Part shown: positions 26,585-36,033 of the stretch, one piece after another
Position numbering within the stretch: position 1 is the stretch's first letter
Layout: each line of letters opens with the position of its first letter
Assembly: GCA_963813025.1 (NCBI GenBank)
Contig: CAWEXO010000011.1
Span: 832,001 to 896,000 of the forward strand
Origin: an uncultured Verrucomicrobiae bacterium
Lineage (GTDB): Bacteria > Verrucomicrobiota > Verrucomicrobiia > Chthoniobacterales > JAFAMB01
Direction of reading: 5' to 3'
DNA length: 64,000 nt
Made by a program: the position numbers and the translations under genes
Notes under the pieces: model-generated
Databases searched by the model: none
What the model saw: the letters and a program-made list of their open reading frames with translations, nothing else
Told to the model about the DNA's origin: nothing

Positions 26585-27885
26585 TGGAGACGAGTGGGCG
26601 AGTGGGCGAGTGGGCGAAAGGACAAATGACCGGGATTTCAAATGAGCGAGTGAGTAGGGACTTACTTGTCGCATCGCTCTTCCATTGGAAACTTATCAAC
26701 TCCACCGACCCAGTCGCGCACTCGCCCTTTCGCCGATTCGCCCTATCGCCCATTCGCGCTTTCACATTCTCGGCTGGTCGGCTGAACTGTTGGCCCGTTT
26801 TCCTTGCTGCCATCTTCCTCAGCCTCCTTCAACCGCCGGCTCGTGCGCAGCAGTTCGATCGCGACGGCTGGCAGTTGGCGGAACCGAATTACCATTTCCG
26901 GTTTCCCGAAGATTACGCCGCTCACTTCAGTTACCGAACCGAGTGGTGGTATTTTACCGGAAACTTGCGCGCCACTGGTGGGCGGGAATTCGGTTATCAA
27001 CTGACTTTTTTCCGATACGGCTACTTACCGCCGAGCAGGCGTGGATCGATCGCTTCGCCATTTGTCATGGCCGATCTGAAATTTGCCCATTTTACGGTAA
27101 CTGACGTGCAGGGGAAACAGTTTCATGCGGCCGCATCGGTGAGTCGCGGGGCGTTCGGCGAGGCTGGTTTTGCCTCAGTACCGCGCCTCGCCTGGATTAA
27201 GGACTGGCACGTTGATTTCGACGGTAACTTCCATCTTGCGGCGGATGAGAAGGGTTATGCGATCCAGCTTTCTCTGCGCCCGGTGCGGCCGCCCACCTTG
27301 CAAGGCGAAAACGGCTTTAGCAGAAAAGCGGTCGAGCCGCGGCACGCCTCAGAGTACTACTCAATTACCCGTCTGGAGACATACGGCATCGTGCGGATCG
27401 AGGGTAAAAATTACGACGTGACTGGCACCTCATGGTTTGATCGAGAATGGGCCACGAATCAGCTCACTGCGGAACAGCTAGGCTGGAACTGGTTTTCAAT
27501 CCAACTCTCGGACGGAACCGATCTGATGCTCTACCAGATGCGCGACAAAGGAGGGCGGATCGATCCGGCGTCCAGTGGAACTATATCGCGAGCCGATGGA
27601 ACGAGTTGCCAGCTGGGTGAACGCGACTTCGCGCTTCAGCCGACCCGCTTTTGGATCAGCCCGACGAGCAAAGCCCGGTACCCGATCGGATGGCAGTTGA
27701 GAATCGACCGGCTTGACTTGATGCTCGATCTCTCCACCCCGGTGCCGAACCAGGAACTGAATGTAGGAGTGCGTTATTGGGAAGGTTGTATCCGGACCAA
27801 AGGTGAGCTGCAGGCGAAACCAGTCTTGGGCGAGGGCTATCTTGAGCTGACGGGCTACGAAGGATCGCTTCCGGGTCTGCGCTGA
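26581..27885 (+). CDS. Lipocalin-like / carotenoid 1,2-hydratase (CrtC/AttH-like) secreted protein
   Basis: FPEDY.AH..YRTEWWYFTGNL, FGYQLTFFR, YYSITRL, SWFDREW, GWNWFSIQL, YWEG, GYLELTGY. Start uncertain; ATG 26581 overlaps the permease stop. Confidence 0.88.
   Translation: MMETSGRVGEWAKGQMTGISNERVSRDLLVASLFHWKLINSTDPVAHSPFRRFALSPIRAFTFSAGRLNCWPVFLAAIFLSLLQPPARAQQFDRDGWQLAEPNYHFRFPEDYAAHFSYRTEWWYFTGNLRATGGREFGYQLTFFRYGYLPPSRRGSIASPFVMADLKFAHFTVTDVQGKQFHAAASVSRGAFGEAGFASVPRLAWIKDWHVDFDGNFHLAADEKGYAIQLSLRPVRPPTLQGENGFSRKAVEPRHASEYYSITRLETYGIVRIEGKNYDVTGTSWFDREWATNQLTAEQLGWNWFSIQLSDGTDLMLYQMRDKGGRIDPASSGTISRADGTSCQLGERDFALQPTRFWISPTSKARYPIGWQLRIDRLDLMLDLSTPVPNQELNVGVRYWEGCIRTKGELQAKPVLGEGYLELTGYEGSLPGLR
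26588..26760. repeat. Inverted pair of 8-nt tandem-repeat arrays
   Basis: GAGTGGGC x3 at ~26588-26621, and TCGCCC(A/T)-type complementary units at ~26713-26760. Confidence 0.8.
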
Positions 27886-27926
27886 AATAGTACCGTGCCA
27901 GAGAAGAGATCTTCTACTGCCACAGG

Positions 27927-29225
27927 CTAAACAAAGTTTAGTTTGCTAAAATCGCGACCCAGGACTTGCAGCGCAGGCGCCTTCAGCCAATGAGCGAGAA
28001 TGGTCGCATAGACCGCGCGAAAATCGGTGTTGTAATACAGGTCGCCGGCGTCAAGATGATCAAGGCCGGGTTGCTTCCCGTAGAGTCCGGGTTTGATGGC
28101 GCCTCCGGCGAGGAACATCGGCGCGGCGGTGCCGTGATCAGTTCCTTTGCTGGCGTTTTCTGCCACGCGGCGACCAAACTCGCTAAATGTCATGACCAAG
28201 ACCCGATCGAAAATGCCTTTTGCTTTGAGATCCTGGCAGAAAGCCGCGAGCGCGTCCGCCAACTCGCCCAGTAGCCGATTGTGCGTGCGGAGCTGGCCTT
28301 GATGCGTATCGAAGCCGCCTTGGCTCGCATAGTAGACCCGCGTAGGGAGTCCCCCGGCGATCAACCGTCCGATCATGGAGAGGTCGCGCCCGAGCCGGGA
28401 CGCGGGATAACTAACATCCGGCTTACTGCGATTGAGGACGGCCGAGATCTCTGCGGTGCTCACCTGCACGTCCAGAGCAGCGCGTTGCAGATACTCTAAT
28501 GGTGAGAGTCCGGAGAGATTCTTTCCGCCGATCGCGCCGATCGAATCGCCGCTCATTCCGGCTCCTTCAAGACCGTTCATCTCCTCAAAGAGTTGTTCAT
28601 CGGAATGATTGTTCTCATGCCGAAAACCATATCGCGGACCTTCCAGGACTACGCCGGTGGGATTGCCGGAGTTGAATGCTTCGGGCATCTGGCTTCCGAT
28701 AGCGACTCCGACGGTTGGATTGGCTCCCTGACAGCAGTTGTCAAAATATCGACCGAGCCAGCCTTTCGACTGAACCTGGTTCGAATCGGACGCCGTTTGC
28801 CAAATGTCGGTCGACACGAAATGGGACCGATTGGGATTGGGATAGCCAACACCCTGGACCACCGCAAGATGGCCATCATCGAAAAGCGACTTCAGCGGAG
28901 CAAGTATCGGACTGAAACCGACGTTGCCGTCCAGATTGAGGACGCTCGTTCGGGGGACAGCGAGACTCGGCCGCAACCGGTAGTAAGCGTCTTGCCCGAA
29001 TGGCACCACCGTATTCAGACCATCATTGCCGCCGGCCAGTTGGATCACCACCAGAATAGGATTGTCGCGACCGGTGACGACAGGTAGCGCGGAATCGGCG
29101 GCCGCAGCATGGAGTTCTCCGAAAGTCCGATCGAGAAACATCGGAACGGTCCACGTCAGGGCCGCTCCCAAAACAGATGTTCTCAGAAAACGGCGCCGGG
29201 TCATCAGATCAGGTTCTTGTGACAT
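27927..29225 (-). CDS. DUF1501 family protein with Tat signal
   Basis: TRRRFL Tat motif, LVVIQLAGGNDGLNT, PNRSHF, GGFDTH, FSEFGRR, GTDHG. Confidence 0.92.
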   Translation of the reverse strand: MSQEPDLMTRRRFLRTSVLGAALTWTVPMFLDRTFGELHAAAADSALPVVTGRDNPILVVIQLAGGNDGLNTVVPFGQDAYYRLRPSLAVPRTSVLNLDGNVGFSPILAPLKSLFDDGHLAVVQGVGYPNPNRSHFVSTDIWQTASDSNQVQSKGWLGRYFDNCCQGANPTVGVAIGSQMPEAFNSGNPTGVVLEGPRYGFRHENNHSDEQLFEEMNGLEGAGMSGDSIGAIGGKNLSGLSPLEYLQRAALDVQVSTAEISAVLNRSKPDVSYPASRLGRDLSMIGRLIAGGLPTRVYYASQGGFDTHQGQLRTHNRLLGELADALAAFCQDLKAKGIFDRVLVMTFSEFGRRVAENASKGTDHGTAAPMFLAGGAIKPGLYGKQPGLDHLDAGDLYYNTDFRAVYATILAHWLKAPALQVLGRDFSKLNFV

Positions 29226-29236
29226 ACAACTTTTTT

Positions 29237-30811
29237 TTAGCAGACTTGATAGTTTGGCGTGGCCAGCATCAGGCAGATCAGTTCCCGAATGGCATTATCC
29301 GCGAGCGGCAGAGGCTTGGTCGCCAACGAAGCGCTGAACCGCGCGACAAGGTCGGGAGCCGGCTTCTCCTGAAAAACCCTGGTAAGCAGTTTGGTGGTCA
29401 GGAGTTCGGGCTGATTGCGATCTTCCGTTAGGACAAGGTGATCGATAGGCAGAGGAGGCAACGGGCGGAAGGGTGAGCGATTCGCGGTCAAAGGTTTGGC
29501 GGGCTCCTGTGTTCCAGGATTTCCCATTGTGGGAGAGCCGGCCATCTGCATCGCTTGTATCGAAGATCCAGGAGTACCAGCCAACCCGGGTGCTGGGCTG
29601 GATGCGGATATGGGTTGCGAGGGTTTGGCAGTTTGGGGTGGATTGATCCCTTCCACCAGACGGCGCGAAATCTCGTAGCGGGTCGTGAGTGTAGCAGTGT
29701 TAATCCAACTCTTGCCTCCGTCCCAGCCCTTCACATTTGGCGGATAAAACGGTTCCTGCCCGAGCCGGCGAAACATTTCCCGGAGGAGATGCGGATCGGG
29801 CAGAGGCAACCCAAGAGAGCGCGAACCCTGAACGATAAATTGGACCGGGCTTTTGATGACCCCGCTGCTCGGCGCATCGCTGTACAATTGCTCCGAGGTG
29901 AAGATTGCCCGGAGGAGTGGTCTCATTTCAAAGCGCGCGCTCCGGAAATCGCGAGCTAGCGTGTCCACCGCAGCCGGGTCCGGTACGTCGGAGATGAAAA
30001 AGCGCCAGAGCTTCGCGACCAAAAAGCGGGAACAAGCCGGACGCGAGAAAATCAAATCAATAATATCATCGCCGTTCCACGGCCCAGTCTGATCAAAGAA
30101 GTCTTTAGGCGTCGGATCAAACTGGTTTGGAGCAAAGCGAAAGGATTGGGTGATGGGATCAATGCGATAACCGGTGAAAGCTCGAGCGGCCGCTTTGACG
30201 TCATTCTCGGTGTAATTACCTTCGCCCAGAGTAAACAGTTCCATCAGCTCACGGGCGAAGTTTTCGTTCGGCTTTGCTTTTTGGCTCTGCAACAGATCGA
30301 GCCAGACAAGCATGGCTGGGTCGCGTGAAACAGCCTTGATTAAAACATTGAAATTTCCCAGAGAGTGCGCTCGAAAAGTGGCGTTCTGCAACCACATCCG
30401 GTAAGGGTTGTGTACCTTCGCGGCGCTGGTCGCAAAATGCCCGTGCCAGAAGAACGTCATTTTCTCGACGAGCGGTGCTTTGCTGAACACCATGCGATCG
30501 ACCCACCAACGGAGCAGATCGATAAACTCCTCGTTTGCCTGCTGACGGCGCTGCTGGAATAATTCCCGTTTCTGTTCCGGATCGATCGCTGCTTTTGCTT
30601 GCGCCTGGAAGGCTAATAAGTTATCCGGTACGGCCCAGACAGGCGGTTCGACGTATTCGGGCGACGCAGTTAACAGGTGATTGACGGCCGATTCCGGGCC
30701 TTGATCTGCCAGGAACTGAATCTGTTCGGGCGAGCCACCGAACCCGGCCCGCACCAAAAGATGAGCAGCCTTGTCAAAATTCCAGGAACTGGCAGGTAAA
30801 CGCGCTATCAT
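29237..30811 (-). CDS. DUF1800 family protein
   Basis: AAHLLVRAGFG, EKMTFFWHGHFATS, DPAMLVWLD, PNENFARELMELFTLG, PPNVKGW. Confidence 0.92.
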   Translation of the reverse strand: MIARLPASSWNFDKAAHLLVRAGFGGSPEQIQFLADQGPESAVNHLLTASPEYVEPPVWAVPDNLLAFQAQAKAAIDPEQKRELFQQRRQQANEEFIDLLRWWVDRMVFSKAPLVEKMTFFWHGHFATSAAKVHNPYRMWLQNATFRAHSLGNFNVLIKAVSRDPAMLVWLDLLQSQKAKPNENFARELMELFTLGEGNYTENDVKAAARAFTGYRIDPITQSFRFAPNQFDPTPKDFFDQTGPWNGDDIIDLIFSRPACSRFLVAKLWRFFISDVPDPAAVDTLARDFRSARFEMRPLLRAIFTSEQLYSDAPSSGVIKSPVQFIVQGSRSLGLPLPDPHLLREMFRRLGQEPFYPPNVKGWDGGKSWINTATLTTRYEISRRLVEGINPPQTAKPSQPISASSPAPGLAGTPGSSIQAMQMAGSPTMGNPGTQEPAKPLTANRSPFRPLPPLPIDHLVLTEDRNQPELLTTKLLTRVFQEKPAPDLVARFSASLATKPLPLADNAIRELICLMLATPNYQVC

Positions 30812-30897
30812 ACCGAAAAAACGCTTGTAACTTTTTTGATGACGAACGTGACGGGGGTCGGTTTCAGCGAATCGCAGTAAGGGCCGCTAGGGAGCGA

Positions 30898-32271
30898 ATG
30901 CGTTTTCTCAATTTGACGGCTCAGACCGAGATCGGCGCAAACTCGTACTTGCTCGAAGTCGGCGGCAAAAAAATCCTGCTGGATGCCGGTCTCCATCCGA
31001 AACGCGAGGGCCTGGCCGCCTTGCCGTCATATCGTCTGGTCGAGGATAGATCGCTGGCCGCGATCGTGATCACGCACGCGCACCAGGATCATATCGGATC
31101 ACTTCCGTGGATTATGCGACGGCAGCCGCAGGCCCGGATCTTTATGACTGAAGCCACTGCTCGCCTGTCTGAGGTGATGCTGCACAATTCGGTGAACGTT
31201 ATGCAGCGGCAACGCGAGGATTTGAAAATCGCGGATTACCCGCTCTTCACTCATCGGGAGGTGGAGAAGGCGGCGGCGCGATGGCAGCGTTTGTCTTTAT
31301 GCCATCGCTGGACCCTGGAAGGTGAAAGAGCCAGTGATAAAGCGCCGGACCCCACTTTCGAATTTTTTGATTCCGGACACATTATCGGCGCAGCCGGCAT
31401 TTTATTCCGGGTTGATGGGAAACGGGTGTTTTATACTGGCGACGTCAACTTCATTGATCAGACCCTCGCGCAGCGTGCGGAATTCCCTACTGCAAAGTTG
31501 GATGTGTTGATCATCGAGTGTACCCGTGGCGATCGACCGAGCGACCCTGATTTTACGCGACATAAGGAGGAAGAAAGTTTTCTTTCCGAGCTCAGAAACG
31601 CGTTTGCCCGCGGCGGAGCCGTTTTAGTTCCAGTTTTTGCGCTGGGCAAGACCCAGGAAGTACTGGCCATGATTTATCAGTTTCGCCGCAACGGGCAGAT
31701 GAACCAGTCGCCGGTTTATATTGGTGGCCTCAGCACCAAAGTAACCGTGGTGCATGACGAACTTTCTCGGAGCGTTCCGCGTCAACTTCGCGGTCTGACG
31801 CTGCTGAGTTCGGTCGATCCTTTTGTGGTGAGCGCCAAGGAGATCGCGACCACGCAGGTGAGACAGAACCGGATTTTCGCTCTGTCGAGCGGCATGATGA
31901 CGGAGAAGACGCTGTCAAATATCCTAGCTGCCCGATTTCTCTCCGATCCGAAGCATTCCGTCTTTTTTGTCGGCTACGCTGATCCGGACTCACCTGGCGG
32001 TCGGTTAAAAGCCGCTCGGCCCGAAGAACCATTTCGTCTGGATAAGGATTTGCCCAGTCAAAGACTGACTTGCACAGTCAAGGAGTTTAATTTCAGTGCG
32101 CATGCTTCGCGCGAAAGTTTGCTGGATTATGTGCGCCTGACGTCGCCTCGTATCGTTTTTCTGGTTCACGGCGACCCTCCTTCGGTCTCCTGGTTCAAGG
32201 AAACCATTGATCGTGAAATGCCCGGAACCAAAGCGATTATTCCGGTACCGGGCGAGGTCTATGACGTGTGA
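30898..32271 (+). CDS. MBL-fold beta-CASP ribonuclease (YSH1/CPSF73-like)
   Basis: THAHQDHIG, SGHIIGAA, YTGD, PVFALGKTQE, SSGM, FSAHA, LVHGD. Confidence 0.9.
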   Translation: MRFLNLTAQTEIGANSYLLEVGGKKILLDAGLHPKREGLAALPSYRLVEDRSLAAIVITHAHQDHIGSLPWIMRRQPQARIFMTEATARLSEVMLHNSVNVMQRQREDLKIADYPLFTHREVEKAAARWQRLSLCHRWTLEGERASDKAPDPTFEFFDSGHIIGAAGILFRVDGKRVFYTGDVNFIDQTLAQRAEFPTAKLDVLIIECTRGDRPSDPDFTRHKEEESFLSELRNAFARGGAVLVPVFALGKTQEVLAMIYQFRRNGQMNQSPVYIGGLSTKVTVVHDELSRSVPRQLRGLTLLSSVDPFVVSAKEIATTQVRQNRIFALSSGMMTEKTLSNILAARFLSDPKHSVFFVGYADPDSPGGRLKAARPEEPFRLDKDLPSQRLTCTVKEFNFSAHASRESLLDYVRLTSPRIVFLVHGDPPSVSWFKETIDREMPGTKAIIPVPGEVYDV

Positions 32272-32276
32272 TCTGC

Positions 32277-32496
32277 CGGCGCGTCGTGGAGTGCGTGCGA
32301 CTTGTCGCCGCTTTGAGACCGCGCGGAGCGCGGCAATCAGCCAGACGGTCTTTTTCGCCGGTGAATCCCACGTTTCGTATTGATTTCCCTGAAATCCTGT
32401 TCCGGCTAAGCCACCCTGTGGTTCCGTGCTGAGCCGGGATCGCGCTCCGCGCGATCCTAAAGCGGCGACAAGTCGCACGTACTCCACGACGCGCCG
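32277..32496. repeat. REP-like long inverted repeat between convergent genes
   Basis: 38-bp arms 32277-32314 and 32459-32496 with one mismatch (GGAGTGCG...GCCGCTTT / AAAGCGGC...TACTCC), plus an inner 13-bp pair CGCGCGGAGCGCG/CGCGCTCCGCGCG. Confidence 0.9.
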
Positions 32497-32501
32497 CGCC
32501 C

Positions 32502-33227
32502 TTACGAGGGAATCGTCACGTTGGCGTACTTCGACACCGCCCGGCGCGCGAAACGCGGCAGCCAGAGGATGAGCAGAATGGTGGCGATCAGGCTGAGCCC
32601 AAGCAGAATGATGGATTCGGAATTATCGACGAAATGCCCGGCAAGCAGAGCCTGGACGCTTCTTTTACCGGCACTACCAAGATGACAGAAAAGGATGACC
32701 CCCGGCAGGCTGCCGGCGATCGAAGTGATCAAATATTGATAGAACGGCACACCGGTTAGTCCGTAAAGATAGTTGGCAAGGCCAAAAGGAATGGGACAGA
32801 GACGCAAGAGCGCAACGATTTTCCACCCTTCTCGTTCAATCGCGATGTCAATCGCGCGAAAGGTTGGGTGCTTGCGCAGTTGAGCAGCTAAATCGTGCCG
32901 GAGGAACGTCCGCGAAAGGATAAACCCGCCTGCAGCGCCGATCGCGATGCCGATGGTCGAAGCAAGGACCCCAGGCCAGAAACCAAAGACCGCCGCGGCG
33001 GTAATGACAAACGGGCTGGCCGGCAAAAAGCAGAGTGAACCAACTGCCAAGAGCACGGCAATCAAGCAAAGCCCAAGTGCGCCGAGCCCGCCAATCCAGC
33101 GATAGGATTGCTGGACCGCAGACAGAACCGGGAAATGGTGCGCCGCCAAAGCCAGGACTGCGACCGCAAAAATGGCGACAAAAAGCTTAATGGTTAGTCG
33201 AGGCACAGAGACAACAACTTTAGGCAA
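32502..33227 (-). CDS. TVP38/TMEM64 (VTT/DedA) family membrane protein
   Basis: LPASPF..AAAVFG, GWKIVALLRLCPIPFGLANYLYGLT. Confidence 0.9.
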   Translation of the reverse strand: MPKVVVSVPRLTIKLFVAIFAVAVLALAAHHFPVLSAVQQSYRWIGGLGALGLCLIAVLLAVGSLCFLPASPFVITAAAVFGFWPGVLASTIGIAIGAAGGFILSRTFLRHDLAAQLRKHPTFRAIDIAIEREGWKIVALLRLCPIPFGLANYLYGLTGVPFYQYLITSIAGSLPGVILFCHLGSAGKRSVQALLAGHFVDNSESIILLGLSLIATILLILWLPRFARRAVSKYANVTIPS

Positions 33228-33254
33228 TTTCCGGTATCTTGGTTCCGGCGACCA

Positions 33255-33515
33255 TTACTGCTTAACTATATGGGTATTAACGAGTCGGGTCAGCTCGAAC
33301 ATGTCGACTTCTTTTTTTCCGTTAAAAACCACCTGGAGCGCATCGTCGGCTTTAATCAGCTTCTTATGCTGCAGATGATGCTTCTTGATGTATTCCCAGA
33401 TTTTCTTGGTGAGCTCAGTGCGCGGCAATGGAGCGGAGCCCACGATCTTCGCGAGCGCCTCATCCGGTTGAACGGGCTTCAGGAACGCTCCCTTTGCTTT
33501 ACTTTCGTTAGACAT
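33255..33515 (-). CDS. Stand-alone SWIB/MDM2 domain protein
   Basis: FLKPVQPDEALAKIVG..PLPRTELTKKIWEYIKKH.LQ...IKADDAL..VFNG...VDMFEL. Confidence 0.93.
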   Translation of the reverse strand: MSNESKAKGAFLKPVQPDEALAKIVGSAPLPRTELTKKIWEYIKKHHLQHKKLIKADDALQVVFNGKKEVDMFELTRLVNTHIVKQ

Positions 33516-33702
33516 AAGATGGCAGTTAAAAGGTGGTCAGAGGGAAATCAACCACAAAGTGACCAGCCCAGCGAGGGAAAAAACGTTCGCCCGAACCGTA
33601 AGAAAAAGGGAATTGGACGCGAGTGAGGCCCCGCCTAAGACCGGCGAGATTTACGGGAAAGAGCCGGCGTAGAGATCCGGCTGGTCCTCGTTTGCGGTCT
33701 CG

Positions 33703-34455
33703 CTAGTTGCGCAGTCTGGCAAAGAGGTCATTCGCAGTCTCCAACGTTTCCCGACTACCGACATCGTACCAGATACCGTTCACGGGAAAGGTAAATACGT
33801 CCAGTTTTCGATAAAGCCATTGGATGAAGCGGCCCGGTTGGTCGGGATTGTTGCCTTCTTTCATGTAGGTCGGCAAAAGACGCAGCGCTTCCGGCCGGTA
33901 ATAATAGAGCGCGATCGCGCACAAGGTACTGGTTGGCTCGGCCGGCTTTTCCTCAAATCCGGTTAGAATGCCGGCCGGATTCGTGGTGAGCTTATTGTAG
34001 CGCTTCGCCTGTTCCAGGTTTTTGACATCAAAAACTCCCACGGTCGCAGGATGCTGCCGCGCAAAATCAGTGAATGCGTCGAGAGGATCGCTGAAGAGAT
34101 TATCTCCAGCCACCACCAGGAGATCGGAATTTCCCAATTGTTCCTGTTGCAGCGCGAAATACATATCCCCAATCGCGCCAAGTTTGTCTGCGTCAGAGAG
34201 GGAGCCGTCATTGATCACCCGCAAATTGATTCGCTGATGAGTCGCCAGGTATTCTTTGGTCCAGTCAATAAAATTCCCGAAGAACTTCGCGTTCGTTACG
34301 ATGTAAATCGTTTCGAGCGAGTCGATCGCGGAAAGCTGGTCGGCTACCCAGCCAACCATGGGTTTTCCCGCTACTTTGAGCAGGGGTTTGGCCTGATTCA
34401 AAGTCAGCGGGTAAAGACGCGTCGCATATCCGGCGGCAAGAATAAGGGCATTCAT
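33703..34455 (-). CDS. Sugar-phosphate nucleotidyltransferase family protein
   Basis: ILAAGYATRLYPLT..AKPLL, VAGDNLF, FEEKP, WYDVG. Confidence 0.9.
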   Translation of the reverse strand: MNALILAAGYATRLYPLTLNQAKPLLKVAGKPMVGWVADQLSAIDSLETIYIVTNAKFFGNFIDWTKEYLATHQRINLRVINDGSLSDADKLGAIGDMYFALQQEQLGNSDLLVVAGDNLFSDPLDAFTDFARQHPATVGVFDVKNLEQAKRYNKLTTNPAGILTGFEEKPAEPTSTLCAIALYYYRPEALRLLPTYMKEGNNPDQPGRFIQWLYRKLDVFTFPVNGIWYDVGSRETLETANDLFARLRN

Positions 34456-34605
34456 CGGAGAGATTCTAGCCTGCCTGTCTAACAAATCTTAAGGGATTTG
34501 TGCGGCGGTCGGGCGGATGGCCGCCAAGATACGGACGATGCCGTCCGCCTCCGTTCCCGCTTCGCGGGACTACGGCGCGACAAGTTCCGCGCCGCCCGCA
34601 GAACC

Positions 34606-35790
34606 TCAGGCCAGGTAATCGGCGAAAAGTCCGCCTAAGGCGGCTACGGTATGCTCGATTCGAAAGTCGCCTTGGGCGCGTTGCCTGGAAGCAGTACCGT
34701 AGAGCTGGCGGAGGGTGGGTTCGCGAATCAGCTGTCGGATAGCGGAGGCCAGCGCGGGTATGTCCTTCTCTGGCACGAGGAGGCCATTCTCTCCGTTGGC
34801 GACCAGTTCCGGGATACCGGCTACCCTGGTCGAAATGATGGGCAACGCAGCTGCCATTGCCTCGACGATAACCGTCGGCAGGTTGTCGCTGTCGCCTTGC
34901 TGGTCATGAATGCAAGGCAAGACAAAAATCTGGGCGCTGGCTAGTTCATCGACAATCTCCGCCTGCGTTTTTTCGCCGGCCAGGCTCACCGTTTCTGACA
35001 GCTGATGATGCTCGATGACGCGCTGGAGTTCAGACTGCAAAGGCCCAGCGCCGACAATTCGCAGTGTAAATCGGTGAGTCTGTTCCTTGGCGAGAAGAGC
35101 GCATGCCTCAATTAGCTGGCGGAACCCTTTCTTCTCGATCAATCGACCGATGGTCACGAGCTTTACCGGCTCAGTCCCTGTCCGCGCTTCTTTAAAGCGC
35201 GAAAGATCCAGACCGTTGTAAATCCGATGGATCTTTCCGGCCGCCAGAGGAACGAGTTTGCTCAGAAAAGCTGAGCCATAGTCGCTGACCGCAACGACAA
35301 AGCGGGCGTCCCGGATCAATTGCTCGAGCGGCACACGCTCGTCCGATTTTGCACAGAAAATATCGTTAGCATGACCGGTCACACTGTAGGTGATCCCGAA
35401 GAGCCGCCGGATCCACCACGCTGTCCTGGCCGCCAGCGCAGCAAAATGCACGTGCAAATGCCCTACACCCTGCGCTCGCAGACTGGCTCCGAGGTAAATT
35501 GCTTCGTAGTATCGGTTTTTGTCGCGGAGATCGTCGTTCTGGCGCCAGAGCGACCGCAGCTTGGGTGAGACCAGTTTGGTTCGCAATTTGAACCGGAGGC
35601 TGTTGGTGTCCGGCAAGTAAGTAATCGGCACGTGATCCAGAGCAATGTTGATCGGGCGGGGATCGGTCGGCCGGCGGATCGAGAACACTGGTATTTTCAG
35701 CCCTTGCCGGTGAAGTTCGGCAACCTCGCGAGCGCAGAAGGTCTGGGTAAACGCAGGGAAACGTTCGAAAAGGTAGGCGAAGGTTTTCAA
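34606..35790 (-). CDS. Glycosyltransferase family 4 (WcaL-like)
   Basis: AYLFERFPAFTQTF..REV, HLHVHFA, IGRLIEKKGF, DNLPTVIVEAMA, GIPELV. TTG start at 35790 assumed. Confidence 0.9.
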   Translation of the reverse strand: MKTFAYLFERFPAFTQTFCAREVAELHRQGLKIPVFSIRRPTDPRPINIALDHVPITYLPDTNSLRFKLRTKLVSPKLRSLWRQNDDLRDKNRYYEAIYLGASLRAQGVGHLHVHFAALAARTAWWIRRLFGITYSVTGHANDIFCAKSDERVPLEQLIRDARFVVAVSDYGSAFLSKLVPLAAGKIHRIYNGLDLSRFKEARTGTEPVKLVTIGRLIEKKGFRQLIEACALLAKEQTHRFTLRIVGAGPLQSELQRVIEHHQLSETVSLAGEKTQAEIVDELASAQIFVLPCIHDQQGDSDNLPTVIVEAMAAALPIISTRVAGIPELVANGENGLLVPEKDIPALASAIRQLIREPTLRQLYGTASRQRAQGDFRIEHTVAALGGLFADYLA

Positions 35791-36033
35791 GGGCGCGTAG
35801 GATCGGCATCCTTGCCGGTTCAAAGAAGAGCTGACAAGCTGGAAGCTTATCCTCCATGCGCGATTTCGCGAGTAGCGCGGGCACGCGCTTGTGAAAAATT
35901 TCACAAAACCGCTTGCAACCCTTTTGAGGCATTGCTTTGATAGCAGCGGTTACCCTCCATCGGCCGGTCAGGATTTGTCCTGCTCACTTGAGCTTCAGAC
36001 CGCCTGTCCCTACGTCTGGAGGGTGGATCTGTT

